IMG/VR virus record: IMGVR_UViG_3300033141_000787
Coordinates: 1-56,193 of that record
Origin: a virus
Taxonomy: Duplodnaviria > Caudoviricetes
Strand: one strand, 5' to 3'
DNA length: 56,193 bases
The notes beneath the pieces are model-generated. The model searched no databases. It saw only the letters and a list, made by a program, of their open reading frames with translations, and was not told where the DNA came from. A program made the position numbers and the translations under genes. Positions 19,275 through 28,951 of the stretch are shown piece after piece (the stretch's first letter is position 1; every line of letters starts with the position of its first letter).

Positions 19275-21788
19275 TTAGCCTAAGTTGACCCATGATTTAG
19301 CTATAGCAGTATCTACCTTCAAAGGTACTGACAGCCTATAACAGTTTTCCATAGTCTCCTTTATTAACATCTTTGCCTCTTCAAGCCGGCTCTCATCTAC
19401 CTCAAAAATAAGCTCATCATGTATCTGCATAATAGGTTTTATTGTAAAGTCGACTGTCTTATATATCGGGGTTAGATCATTCATAGCTATCTTTAGTATT
19501 CCTCCTGCTCCTGATTGTATTGGTGTATTACGGCAATACCTCACGCCCTGCTCATATATCTTAGAGTCTTGTGAATATATTTCAGGTATGTACCGTATTC
19601 TCCCAAACATATCACGTACAAATCCATGCCTCTTAGCATAATATACAACATTTTTCATGTAAGATGCAACACCTTTATACAAATCGAACCATTCTTTTAT
19701 AAGATTATCGCAGTCATCTTCTGACCAACCATGTAGTCTTGCAGCCAACCCTTTAGCTGTTATACCATATAGTACTCCAAACCCTACTGCCTTAGCTGGT
19801 TTACGGTGCTTCTTATCATCAAGCTGATGTAAGGGAATTCCGAATATCTTACTTGCAGTATAGGAGTGTATATCTTCATCATTAAGGAATAACTTGATGA
19901 GCTTATCATCATTAGATACATGAGCTGCAACTCGCATTTCTATTTGGGAGTAATCTGCTCCTAACAGCATATTACCTTCAGAGGCCACGAAGGCTTTACG
20001 TATTGCAAGCCCCCGTTTAGTCCGTACCGGAATATTCTGTAAATTAGGCTCTTTACTTGCAAGACGGCCAGTAGCAGTACGTGTTATAGTAAGCTCTGTA
20101 TGTAGTCTATTATTACTATCTATCATGTACTGTAATGGTGTAGTATATGTGGATACAAGTTTATCTATCTCTCTGTATTCCAGTATCTTACCTATAATTG
20201 GGTGTTTATCTATTTCAGCTACAAGATGTTTATTCTCTGTTGACCGTCTTTTACTATTCCATATCTTCAGCTCATTAAGTATATCTCGTACTTGGTCACT
20301 TGAATTTGGATTTATTATACGCCCTACCATAGCTTCAATATCACTTAACACTTTAAACATGTCAGTACGGTATTCCTCATCAAGACTGCTTAGTACTGAG
20401 GTATCTATCATAAAGCCATTACGTATCATATCAGATACCATTTCTATTATACCAAGGTCGATGCGTAGTATATCTTCTAAGTTCATAGCTTTTATCTTAT
20501 TATGTAATGTCTGATGTACTTGATATGTGACTATAGCGTCAAGACAGGCATAATGTACAGCATCTTGTAGAGGAATATCATTAAGCTCACCCATACGCAT
20601 AACTCCAAGCTCCTGCTCTACTATCCTACGTTCTGCAATAGGTATCTTGTACCATCTTTCATAAGGATTGGCGTCTCTGGTAAATGCATCATGTATTATC
20701 CGTATTGCTTTCTTCTGTATATTTTGTGGCTGTTTATACTTAATCTTGCCATTCTCTATCTTAGCTATCTTAGCTGCATTAGGCCATTCTCTGCCTGCTA
20801 CTACGGATAAATAATCTATAGCCTTATCAAATGTGGCAGGAGTAATAGTGTCTACATAAGAATCCATTTTAATATTAAGAAGTCTATAAGCCAAGTCTTT
20901 CAATCCTTGTGGCTCTGTCTGTAGTAAGTAAGCCATAACCATAGTATCAGTAAATCTTTTAGGATGTATGCCTACATCATGTAATAATGGTAAGTCAGCA
21001 AGAGCATTATGAAATATAACAGTACCGTCATAGCTGTTAATATAATCTACCGTAGCTTGTAATACCTCCTCGTTATCTGTTAGTATAAAGGCAGCATCTG
21101 TATCATCAAGAGCAATCTGAATAGACCATAACTTGTTGTCTACAGTTTCAGTATCAATAGCCATAAAATCGCCGCTGTGAGACGTTTTATAATTTTGAAG
21201 GTCTCCTCCTATACTACTGATGATGAGTTCGTTGAAGGACGCCCCCTCTATGGCGTTTCTTGGGCGTATTTTACCGTCCAATACGTCTCTGATTACGGCA
21301 TAATCATTACGTGTATGCTGTAGAAACCGTGTAGAACCATGCAAGCTTGCTGCTGGGTGATATACTGGTATAATAATTCTGCCATCTACAAGCCATGGTA
21401 TACCATGGTCTAAACTCATTTTGACTTCACGGCCTAATAACTCCGAAGCTGCAAGACGACCTACTGCCACAATTATTTTAGGATTAACTATATTAATCTC
21501 GTTAATTAGCCGGTCGTGACAGCAGGCTATCTCCTCTAAGGTAGGGTCTCTATTATCAGGAGGATGGCACATAACTATGTTCGTAATATAGCAGTCCGAT
21601 TCGTCTATACCTACCTTTAAGAGAAATTGAGCTTGGTCTCTACCTGAATCTCCTACAAAAGGTATTCCCATAGCAGCCTCTTGACGACCAGGAGCTTCAC
21701 CTATTATCATAATATCTGCATTAAGATTACCTCTTGGCTTTATACGCCGTCTATTATGTAGTGTACAATTACTGCAATCAAGACACAT
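19275..21788 (-). CDS. polA: Family A DNA polymerase with N-terminal family-4 uracil-DNA glycosylase domain and 3'-5' exonuclease
   Basis: UDG: CxxC, GEAPG, FVG, TNIVMC, YHPA. Exo: DTET, HNALADL, YACLDA. Pol: TGRLAS, DYSQIEMR, KAVGFGVLYG, QIHDEL. Confidence 0.95.
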   Translation of the reverse strand: MCLDCSNCTLHNRRRIKPRGNLNADIMIIGEAPGRQEAAMGIPFVGDSGRDQAQFLLKVGIDESDCYITNIVMCHPPDNRDPTLEEIACCHDRLINEINIVNPKIIVAVGRLAASELLGREVKMSLDHGIPWLVDGRIIIPVYHPAASLHGSTRFLQHTRNDYAVIRDVLDGKIRPRNAIEGASFNELIISSIGGDLQNYKTSHSGDFMAIDTETVDNKLWSIQIALDDTDAAFILTDNEEVLQATVDYINSYDGTVIFHNALADLPLLHDVGIHPKRFTDTMVMAYLLQTEPQGLKDLAYRLLNIKMDSYVDTITPATFDKAIDYLSVVAGREWPNAAKIAKIENGKIKYKQPQNIQKKAIRIIHDAFTRDANPYERWYKIPIAERRIVEQELGVMRMGELNDIPLQDAVHYACLDAIVTYQVHQTLHNKIKAMNLEDILRIDLGIIEMVSDMIRNGFMIDTSVLSSLDEEYRTDMFKVLSDIEAMVGRIINPNSSDQVRDILNELKIWNSKRRSTENKHLVAEIDKHPIIGKILEYREIDKLVSTYTTPLQYMIDSNNRLHTELTITRTATGRLASKEPNLQNIPVRTKRGLAIRKAFVASEGNMLLGADYSQIEMRVAAHVSNDDKLIKLFLNDEDIHSYTASKIFGIPLHQLDDKKHRKPAKAVGFGVLYGITAKGLAARLHGWSEDDCDNLIKEWFDLYKGVASYMKNVVYYAKRHGFVRDMFGRIRYIPEIYSQDSKIYEQGVRYCRNTPIQSGAGGILKIAMNDLTPIYKTVDFTIKPIMQIHDELIFEVDESRLEEAKMLIKETMENCYRLSVPLKVDTAIAKSWVNLG

Positions 21789-22017
21789 TATCTGCTCCCT
21801 CTGTAATACTCATTAATTCTTTTGCTACTCTGTTGCGTGCCTGTGTTATTGTTTGTATTCTCACAAGATGATTCAGTATATCATTATATTTTATGCCTAC
21901 AAATCTGCCTTGCAGCGAAAGTTCTGCTATAGCCGTAACAAGCAGGTTTATAAGGTCTGATGCTGTCATTTCCATAATATCAATACTTTCGTTATTCATT
22001 GTCAGGCTCCTTACCAT
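21778..22017 (-). CDS. Hypothetical protein, paralog of 21992-22207
   Basis: LINLLVTAIAELS...DILNHLVRI aligns with LVDLLLTSIALLT...DVLEHINRI. Confidence 0.6.
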   Translation of the reverse strand: MVRSLTMNNESIDIMEMTASDLINLLVTAIAELSLQGRFVGIKYNDILNHLVRIQTITQARNRVAKELMSITEGADNVS

Positions 22018-22207
22018 ATTTGCTTAATTCCTTGCGTACATAACCGCAAGCTCTCACCAAATTACTGATGCGGTTAATGTGTTCTAATACATCTTTTGGA
22101 TGAACACCGGAAAGTTTGCTGTTATGTTCTGTAAGTAGTGCTATAGATGTTAATAATAGGTCTACAAGTTTTTCTTTTGATAGTTTCATTAAGTTGTCAC
22201 TCTGCAT
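21992..22207 (-). CDS. Hypothetical protein, paralog of 21778-22017
   Basis: GGAGG RBS; shared pattern with its neighbour. Confidence 0.6.
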   Translation of the reverse strand: MQSDNLMKLSKEKLVDLLLTSIALLTEHNSKLSGVHPKDVLEHINRISNLVRACGYVRKELSKYGKEPDNE

Positions 22208-22655
22208 TGTTAAGTTCCTCCTTCTTATTATTAACTATGTCACCCTCTAACAGATGCTTAATTAGCTGTGCAGCTATAAAGTTAAATATATTGTGTATAG
22301 TAGACTCTATACTATCTATACTTAATAGCATTTCAAGGTCTGCAGCATACTTAATATGATAAGTATCTTTAGTTCCTGCAAATTCTACCGCTATATGATA
22401 TAGTCTCCTCTCGAAGTCTGCTTCACCACTTACTTCTGTAATAAACGGTATATTAATAGAGCCCCTACTATTAGTATATAGTGACTGGCTATTAAGTACA
22501 TTAACATTATTAGTTATAGGGGTAGCATCTATTATCTTACTACACTTAGTACCATAACGTATAAGCATTGCGTTGTATTTACGTAGCATAGTATTCTCTT
22601 TATCGAGTACAAGCATTTTCTGCATTAGCCCCGCATCTGATTTTGTATTACTCAT
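22197..22655 (-). CDS. Hypothetical protein
   Basis: Overlap-coupled ORF with RBS. Confidence 0.55.
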   Translation of the reverse strand: MSNTKSDAGLMQKMLVLDKENTMLRKYNAMLIRYGTKCSKIIDATPITNNVNVLNSQSLYTNSRGSINIPFITEVSGEADFERRLYHIAVEFAGTKDTYHIKYAADLEMLLSIDSIESTIHNIFNFIAAQLIKHLLEGDIVNNKKEELNNAE

Positions 22656-23367
22656 TATTAAGTTCCTCCACTATACGTTTAGCTATTCCTTTACCAATAC
22701 CCGGTATCTGCATGTATTCATAAGCAGACGCAGTTACTAAGGCTAAAGGAGTCTTGAAATGTTTGGCTATTTCCATAGCCTTCTTAGCTCCTATACCAGG
22801 CAGCTGTAAAGCTATACGATAAGTCATAGGCTGTCTTGTAAGCTGTATCGGTTGTATATCTTTAACCTCGGCACTGGTATGCTCCTCAAGATTCTTTGAA
22901 GTCCACCAATGATGAAGGCTAATAAGATAACGTGCTGTCTCTGTTTTGCCAGTTGTACGTATTACTATAACGTTCTTAGTAACTGATAAGGTATTAAGTA
23001 CTCCGACTATCCGATTCACTTTATAAGTTGTTTTGCCATATTGTACAGGAATCCATGACTTACCTACTCTATGCATTACATTACCCGACTTCAGGTCATA
23101 CTTGAACATACCCTCAAGTATTATATATACCGTATTATAGTTGTTCAGTAGGCCTGGAAGCTGATGGTTTATAAGACGGCCTGAATTTATAGACTGTACA
23201 AAATCAGATAATGTCTTACGTTCTATACCGACTAAGTGAGCTGCACCATCATAGCCTTTGCCTTCTATCATAAAATCGGCATATTCTAAGAAGGTGACCT
23301 CACATATATCTTTCGGCAATAGCTTCGCAAACTCCGCAGAGCCTACCCTACTATCTACAAGTATCAT
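22648..23367 (-). CDS. ERCC4/XPF-family structure-specific nuclease with HhH motifs
   Basis: VDSR, ADF, ERKTLSD, SGRL..Q; two PGIG HhH motifs. Confidence 0.88.
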   Translation of the reverse strand: MILVDSRVGSAEFAKLLPKDICEVTFLEYADFMIEGKGYDGAAHLVGIERKTLSDFVQSINSGRLINHQLPGLLNNYNTVYIILEGMFKYDLKSGNVMHRVGKSWIPVQYGKTTYKVNRIVGVLNTLSVTKNVIVIRTTGKTETARYLISLHHWWTSKNLEEHTSAEVKDIQPIQLTRQPMTYRIALQLPGIGAKKAMEIAKHFKTPLALVTASAYEYMQIPGIGKGIAKRIVEELNNE

Positions 23368-24089
23368 TACACCCAGTCCTCCGGTGAAGTATCGGGGAAT
23401 ACAAGAGATGCAAGCATAGGGAATGAGCAGAGTTCGCCTGACAAGTGTTCTCCTACAAGTTTGTTATTAATCCTTGACTTCTCTATCTTTATAGCGAACT
23501 CATCGTCATCATTTTTGTAATGCCTTATTTCAACCTGTACAAGAAATCCAGTATCTTTATAGCCGGCACGTACATATTGTCCTGTGGCTCTGTCGTCTAT
23601 ATATTCGGCCTTTACCTTGCTAATCAAGATAACGTTTTTGTCATGGAGTAATGCTTCATGTATCATTGCATTTACTTGACTATTTACTTTAGAATAGTAG
23701 AACGGTAATACTTTTTCAAGTCTGCCGAACTCAGCAAGTCTAACAAGGTCATACATTTCAGTCCATGTATCTACTACTATCGTTCGGAGCTTCTCAGTAC
23801 GGAGAGCATCATAGAAGTCGTCTTTGGCATTACTCCATACACGAGCATATTCAGCCTCATCACCAATATCCTTATTAAAGATGTAGTCTTGATACATAAT
23901 AACTTTGTCATTAAACTTGTCTACCACTCCTTCAAGACCCATATCAATATTGAGTACTGCAATTGGACCAGGAGCTGTAAGACTGAAATGAGTTTTACCT
24001 CTACTTTCACGGCCCATAGAGCTTAGTACTAAGCGGTGTTTTATCGCAATCTCATTTGCATTATTGAATCTACTCATGATGTCTGTCAT
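23367..24089 (-). CDS. AAA ATPase (Sak4/AAA_24-like recombination protein)
   Basis: Walker A GRESRGKT, Walker B IVVDT, C-terminal KSR. Confidence 0.75.
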   Translation of the reverse strand: MTDIMSRFNNANEIAIKHRLVLSSMGRESRGKTHFSLTAPGPIAVLNIDMGLEGVVDKFNDKVIMYQDYIFNKDIGDEAEYARVWSNAKDDFYDALRTEKLRTIVVDTWTEMYDLVRLAEFGRLEKVLPFYYSKVNSQVNAMIHEALLHDKNVILISKVKAEYIDDRATGQYVRAGYKDTGFLVQVEIRHYKNDDDEFAIKIEKSRINNKLVGEHLSGELCSFPMLASLVFPDTSPEDWV

Positions 24090-24091
24090 AA

Positions 24092-24595
24092 TTACTCTCC
24101 TTTCTCGTTGTCTTTTGTGTTTATAGCTGTAATAATATCTATTATATCTTTCTTTATAGTGTCCCTTAAATCCATAGTTGTATTACGTACTTTACGTAAC
24201 ACATTAGGTGTAATCTGTTTAGCTATATACATCTTAATCATGGTATCACGGGTTGGCATAATCGTACCAATTATAAAAGTGATTAAACATATAATAGCTA
24301 TACGCCTGCCCCATTTGACACCTGATATTATTTCATCTTTCTTGTCATCATCAAGCTCATCAAACGGTGTCTTCTTATAGCCAGGATATTCTTCTACTAC
24401 TACACCGTTGATACGTAAGCGTTTATAAAATATGTACACATACGTAAATACACTACCTACAAGTAGACCTAATATCATAAACCAAAAACCGAACTTAGGT
24501 ATAATATCCAATAGATATATAAACAGTGGACTTACTATAGGATTATCCATAACTTGTCTCCTCTCATTATTTAATAAGGTTATGCTGTTTGGCAT
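24092..24595 (-). CDS. Two-TM membrane protein
   Basis: Two hydrophobic segments. Confidence 0.6.
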   Translation of the reverse strand: MPNSITLLNNERRQVMDNPIVSPLFIYLLDIIPKFGFWFMILGLLVGSVFTYVYIFYKRLRINGVVVEEYPGYKKTPFDELDDDKKDEIISGVKWGRRIAIICLITFIIGTIMPTRDTMIKMYIAKQITPNVLRKVRNTTMDLRDTIKKDIIDIITAINTKDNEKGE

Positions 24596-25142
24596 AATTT
24601 AGTATCATAGTCCAGTTATCAATAATCTCATGCTCTCCAAATGTAATTCGGTATACTTTGTATATATGTTTAAAAGGTCTGGTATAGTCTCCATTATAGT
24701 ATAATACATGAAAGTCGACAGTATCTGTACCTGTAGCATAACAGTAGGATGATGTCTGTAAGAGCCATCTCTGCACATCAAGAGGTGTCTTTCTTGATGA
24801 CGTAGCCGTGAATTTATATTCCTCTACTATTAGCTTGTTACCCTCAAACTTAATACCGTCTGGGGATAATGCAATACCGTCAACTATAATCTCACCAGGG
24901 CGGTAACCTAACATCTGTACCCAGGCTCTACTTAGGGCTTCTTCCCATATAAATCCGGCCTCCATAGCAAGACGTGTCTGTTCATCAATAGGATTATCTT
25001 TTTTGCCATATAAATCATTAAGCAAACCTTTTATAACATCGCTGACGTGCACGCCCTCAGAACGCCATATCGGTGGGCGGAATGGAAACTCTCTATTAAG
25101 TTCTTCAAGATGTGGCATTAGTTGCCTCCTTATCATCTTCAA
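24567..25142 (-). CDS. PD-(D/E)XK exonuclease (Cas4/RecB-like)
   Basis: HVSD, G..WE, SPDG, EEYK, Q..SY; lacks the four-Cys Cas4 cluster. Confidence 0.75.
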   Translation of the reverse strand: MKMIRRQLMPHLEELNREFPFRPPIWRSEGVHVSDVIKGLLNDLYGKKDNPIDEQTRLAMEAGFIWEEALSRAWVQMLGYRPGEIIVDGIALSPDGIKFEGNKLIVEEYKFTATSSRKTPLDVQRWLLQTSSYCYATGTDTVDFHVLYYNGDYTRPFKHIYKVYRITFGEHEIIDNWTMILNYAKQHNLIK

Positions 25143-25419
25143 TATATGCTTTCTTTATAAGAGCAGATGGAATATAAAACATGGCATTACATTTAGGAGA
25201 ATTCCTAGACACTTCATATAAATCAGTTACATCTGTCATACCTACAATAGACAAATCAGCTCCCGAGTTAAATACCATGTCCCAACCATGTAGTGGTATA
25301 CCATAGATATTACCACCATCTTCAATATAATTACTAAGCTCCTTATCTTCTCGAATTTCATTAAGTGTATAAATATCTACTTTTGCTCCTATATACTTCT
25401 TATCGTACTCTATGCTCAT
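25105..25419 (-). CDS. Hypothetical protein
   Basis: AGGAG RBS. Confidence 0.55.
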   Translation of the reverse strand: MSIEYDKKYIGAKVDIYTLNEIREDKELSNYIEDGGNIYGIPLHGWDMVFNSGADLSIVGMTDVTDLYEVSRNSPKCNAMFYIPSALIKKAYIEDDKEATNATS

Positions 25420-25441
25420 CTTGTTGTCTCCTCTTTAATAT

Positions 25442-25493
25442 GGGCGGAAAGGAAAACACACGCCCTGAGACGCATGCTTTCCTGTTTCCGCTT
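25442..25493 (-). terminator. Long hairpin downstream of 25519-26238 (terminator or processing site)
   Basis: GCGGAAA-GGAAA...TTTCC-TG-TTTCCGC extended stem. Confidence 0.55.
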
Positions 25494-25518
25494 GTGTGGG
25501 GGTGCTAAATGTTCTTAA

Positions 25519-26238
25519 TTACACAGCCTTAATTACACCTTTCTTATACGTCCACCCCTGTTCAGACGCCAAGAAATCTTCCTCTAACATTCTCTTGAGG
25601 ATTGCGTTTCTATTAGGCTCGGCTTTAAAATCTGTATTAGCCATAAGTTTTGCTGCAATAGCAGACTTTTTCAACTCACCATTCTCGGACAGCAAGATTG
25701 TAAGATATGCAACTGCTTCACCATCTACATCGGATGTCGCTGTATTAGGTGAGCCGCCTTTCTTTTCACCAGGAAGTGAAATAAGTGATGACAGGATAAC
25801 AACTGTTTTGTCGTAGCCTTTCTCATTCTTCTGGTCAATCTCACGTTTAGGAGCGTACTGTACCCAGACACCTTTTAGTCCTTCTATAGCAGAGAAGTCT
25901 GCTCCGAGAAGCTCTGCCGGAACTCCATTATCTTTAAGTGAATTTACCCAAAGACCGAAGTTGCTTGATGACTTAATGCCTATTCCCTCTGGACCGTCAA
26001 GTGATTTACCATTATCTGCTATAGTACATGCTTCCTGTACTGTCTTACCAGGAGAATAATATTGAGTATGCTCAGTACCTTCCTCATCGGTATAAACTAT
26101 CTCTGCAAAGATAGCAGAACCAAATCTGCTTTTGCCATTGTAATCCCACATTACCCATCTTGCTTTAGTAATCTCTGCTACTACATTGTTAAGAATTCCG
26201 CCTGTGCTTTCTTTGACGTCTCCAATGTTAAGTTTCAT
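25519..26238 (-). CDS. Putative ssDNA-binding/recombination protein
   Basis: Beta-rich, aromatic N-domain plus small C-domain; heads the nuclease-ATPase-ERCC4-polymerase operon. Function inferred from context. Confidence 0.4.
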   Translation of the reverse strand: MKLNIGDVKESTGGILNNVVAEITKARWVMWDYNGKSRFGSAIFAEIVYTDEEGTEHTQYYSPGKTVQEACTIADNGKSLDGPEGIGIKSSSNFGLWVNSLKDNGVPAELLGADFSAIEGLKGVWVQYAPKREIDQKNEKGYDKTVVILSSLISLPGEKKGGSPNTATSDVDGEAVAYLTILLSENGELKKSAIAAKLMANTDFKAEPNRNAILKRMLEEDFLASEQGWTYKKGVIKAV

Positions 26239-26309
26239 AGAATACTCCTTTCATTAAGGTTAAAATTATTGATTAAATAATCCAGATAATCTGCAGATAT
26301 GATGCTAGC

Positions 26310-26625
26310 CTAAGTCATATAACCTCCTTTCTTATGACATAGAATGACATAAGTGACAAACAATGACGCTGTTTTTAAAAACCTCTCTATATATTAATAT
26401 TTTTGTTAAAAGGTATAAAAAGTTTGTCATGTTTGTCACTGGGTTTTGCATGTTATTGTAAATAAATGAGTTACGATATGACATACGTTTGTCATTTTCG
26501 GCATTTTGAATGTCACTGCATGCAAGAGTACCCCAAAAAGTGTTCAATTTCTGAACACTTTCGTATGACAAACAACCTATTCTTTTGTCACTAATGACAT
26601 AAAACGGCAAATCGTATGTCATCAT
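26310..26625. repeat. Iteron-like cluster, putative replication origin
   Basis: About 14 TGAC/GTCA cores (mostly RTGACAWA) in both orientations around an AT-rich tract, plus the inverted repeat AAAGTGTTCA-n5-TGAACACTTT. Confidence 0.7.
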
Positions 26626-26870
26626 TTTACCACCTCTAACATTTGGTCTGTCCAGAACCATGCACGCCTGTCTATTGCCAGGAAATACCTTATCTTGCTT
26701 GGGTCATGTTTACCTTGGATGACTGATATAATAGTAGTCTCTTTACCGGCATAGCGTCTCATTTCTGGTGATACATGTACTCCATATTTGTCTATCTTCA
26801 TGTCTTTAATAGATTGCTTAATACGTACTTTAGTTCCGGCCTCTAATATTTTTGGCTCCATTCCACTCAT
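26622..26870 (-). CDS. Hypothetical SH3/KOW-like protein
   Basis: GTKVRIK...EMRRYAGK...WFWTDQML. Confidence 0.55.
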   Translation of the reverse strand: MSGMEPKILEAGTKVRIKQSIKDMKIDKYGVHVSPEMRRYAGKETTIISVIQGKHDPSKIRYFLAIDRRAWFWTDQMLEVVK

Positions 26871-27070
26871 GAGGGTTCTACCCAATCTGATGTTTCAAAG
26901 TCAAATTCCATCTGTTCTGGTACATTAGCAGAACGAGTAGGAATATACTGATTATTTTTCACTAAGTCAAGTACTGATTGTATAGCAGCGTTCCACATCT
27001 TTACTGCAATGTCGTACTTAGTGAACTCATCAATGTCGAGTTGGTTAAATACTTGTTTGAATTTACTCAT
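26867..27070 (-). CDS. Hypothetical protein
   Basis: RBS; coupled ORF. Confidence 0.55.
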   Translation of the reverse strand: MSKFKQVFNQLDIDEFTKYDIAVKMWNAAIQSVLDLVKNNQYIPTRSANVPEQMEFDFETSDWVEPS

Positions 27071-27072
27071 CC

Positions 27073-27381
27073 TTATTCCTCCTTCATGTCTGTTTTGTCA
27101 CTTAAAGGTGTAATAGTGTACTTAGGTACTTCATATCCTGTATGCAGGTTTCCTTTGCTGTCGTCAATATTATGTATAATAGAATATACTGTAGACAATA
27201 GATTCATTAATACTCTGACACGTTCTAATCTGGTAAGAGTTAAATCTTTGTAACTGACATCTCTTGTAGCAGTTACGTCTTCCTGCAATTCGTTGACTGT
27301 AAGGTCGAACAGTCTTTTAATACTCTCTGGTACACGCATATCAAGCTCACCTCCTTCCATGTTAGTAATCTTCCTCGTCAT
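27073..27381 (-). CDS. Hypothetical protein
   Basis: Probable start at an internal Met after GGAGG. Confidence 0.55.
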   Translation of the reverse strand: MTRKITNMEGGELDMRVPESIKRLFDLTVNELQEDVTATRDVSYKDLTLTRLERVRVLMNLLSTVYSIIHNIDDSKGNLHTGYEVPKYTITPLSDKTDMKEE

Positions 27382-27649
27382 CGTTCTTGCGTCTTATAAG
27401 TTTAGCTCCGTTATTTAATTCACCTCCCTTCAAGTCTGCTAATATTCCATCTTCCTCTATTTGGTCTATTATCTCTGATACAACAGGCCATATATAATGA
27501 CGCTCGTTATATGGTTTTTTAGACTGCTCGTAATCAAAGTGTAGTAAGTTAGATATTAACGACCATGACAGTACTATATTGATTTCATACTCAGCGTCAT
27601 TAAGTCCTAATGAATTGTCAGTTACTCCTGGCGGTAAATTGTTAAGCAT
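27362..27649 (-). CDS. Hypothetical protein
   Basis: AAGGAGG RBS; NLPPGV N-terminal motif. Confidence 0.6.
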   Translation of the reverse strand: MLNNLPPGVTDNSLGLNDAEYEINIVLSWSLISNLLHFDYEQSKKPYNERHYIWPVVSEIIDQIEEDGILADLKGGELNNGAKLIRRKNDDEEDY

Positions 27650-27896
27650 TATTATCCTCCTTACTTTTTGGCAGGTTTAATATAGCTTCCCACGATTCTC
27701 TATCACAATCATCTCCTATATAGCCCCCACTTATAGCTTCATTAATCTCTTTATGTACTAATGTCCGCATATACTCAGGTAACTCGTCCCAATTATTCTT
27801 TACTTCGTTAGCTATAATATCTACTATATATGTTCTTCTACCAAGAGCATAACGGAATGCACACATTAATATTAGTGTATCACTACTGAATTTCAT
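27642..27896 (-). CDS. Hypothetical phage protein (AFRYALGRRTY motif)
   Basis: AAGGAGG RBS; motif recurrent in phage small proteins. Confidence 0.65.
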   Translation of the reverse strand: MKFSSDTLILMCAFRYALGRRTYIVDIIANEVKNNWDELPEYMRTLVHKEINEAISGGYIGDDCDRESWEAILNLPKSKEDNNA

Positions 27897-28218
27897 TTTG
27901 TATTTATCCTCCTTGTTATATCATTGATTACAAGTATCTCGATAATTTATCGACTTAGATGTAATAACTTTGATAGTTTACCTGTTTATTATTTTTATTT
28001 CTTACTTGTCCTCCTTATCTTCATTACCATTATTCTCGCTTTTATAGTTGATTACATCCTCGCAACTTTCAACATCATTATTTTTCTGAAATAAACACAT
28101 ACCACTTAGGACACAATATTTACATGCTTCATGGTAATTCATTAATAGTCCTCCTTATTCAATTTCAATAGTTATTTTGGCTTTTAATGGCGGCCAATCT
28201 TTTTCACCCCAATCTGCT

Positions 28219-28431
28219 TTATTCCTTTACTTTACATTTATAAATAAATCGGTCTGCGTACTTATTCTTGTCTAAATCTTTAGTAATGTTGTTAGCAAGA
28301 GTATCATAAGGAAGTATCTCATTAAAAACCGCCTTCTCTGCATCTGGTCTTTTAGCAAATACACCTATTATATAACCTCCCATATAATTATTATCATTTA
28401 CTACATATACATACATTATAGACCTCCTCAA
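28219..28431 (-). CDS. Hypothetical protein, paralog of 28706-28903
   Basis: VYVVNDNNYMGGYIIGVF versus VYVVIDDTYIGGLILGVY. Confidence 0.65.
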   Translation of the reverse strand: MRRSIMYVYVVNDNNYMGGYIIGVFAKRPDAEKAVFNEILPYDTLANNITKDLDKNKYADRFIYKCKVKE

Positions 28432-28450
28432 TTAACAATAATACTATATA

Positions 28451-28687
28451 TTATTTAGTATGTACCTCCCGTTCACACTTAAAACAGTACATCTGTTTTG
28501 GCTTGCCTGGGTCAGCAATATTCTGGATATTACGGTGTCCGAGTATTCTGCATCCGATTATCCTGTTCCAATATTTTCCGAATGAATCATGCCAGAAATA
28601 ATTTCCCTTAAATGAACGGAGAAACGGTTTCCACCAACCTCTTTTCAGATAATACCAAATATCATTTAATTCTCTACATGTTCCCAT
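28451..28687 (-). CDS. Hypothetical protein (C..GH...CxxC)
   Basis: AAGGAG RBS. Confidence 0.6.
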   Translation of the reverse strand: MGTCRELNDIWYYLKRGWWKPFLRSFKGNYFWHDSFGKYWNRIIGCRILGHRNIQNIADPGKPKQMYCFKCEREVHTK

Positions 28688-28705
28688 TTTAATTCTCCTT
28701 TCGTA

Positions 28706-28903
28706 TTATTTTACAGACTCACGGTGAACATAAGTATGATACATGTATCTACGTTTTTCCGTTTCAGTACTAAATTTATCCATTATATGTTTTGGCGGTA
28801 TTATATTATCTATCGCACAATCAATGGCATCGTCTTTATGTTCATATACTCCCAATATTAAACCACCTATGTAGGTGTCGTCTATAACAACGTACACATT
28901 CAT
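28706..28903 (-). CDS. Hypothetical protein, paralog of 28219-28431
   Basis: AAGGAG RBS; shared motif. Confidence 0.65.
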   Translation of the reverse strand: MNVYVVIDDTYIGGLILGVYEHKDDAIDCAIDNIIPPKHIMDKFSTETEKRRYMYHTYVHRESVK

Positions 28904-28951
28904 AACTTCATTCTCCTTATATTAATTTATACTATATAACTCAATCGTATA

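Noticed and set aside
24567-25142. CRISPR-Cas system (Cas4-like gene)
   Set aside because: No repeat-spacer array or other cas genes seen; it is a stand-alone phage nuclease.
26332-26661. 109-aa ORF
   Set aside because: Coincides with the iteron field and its composition reflects the repeats.
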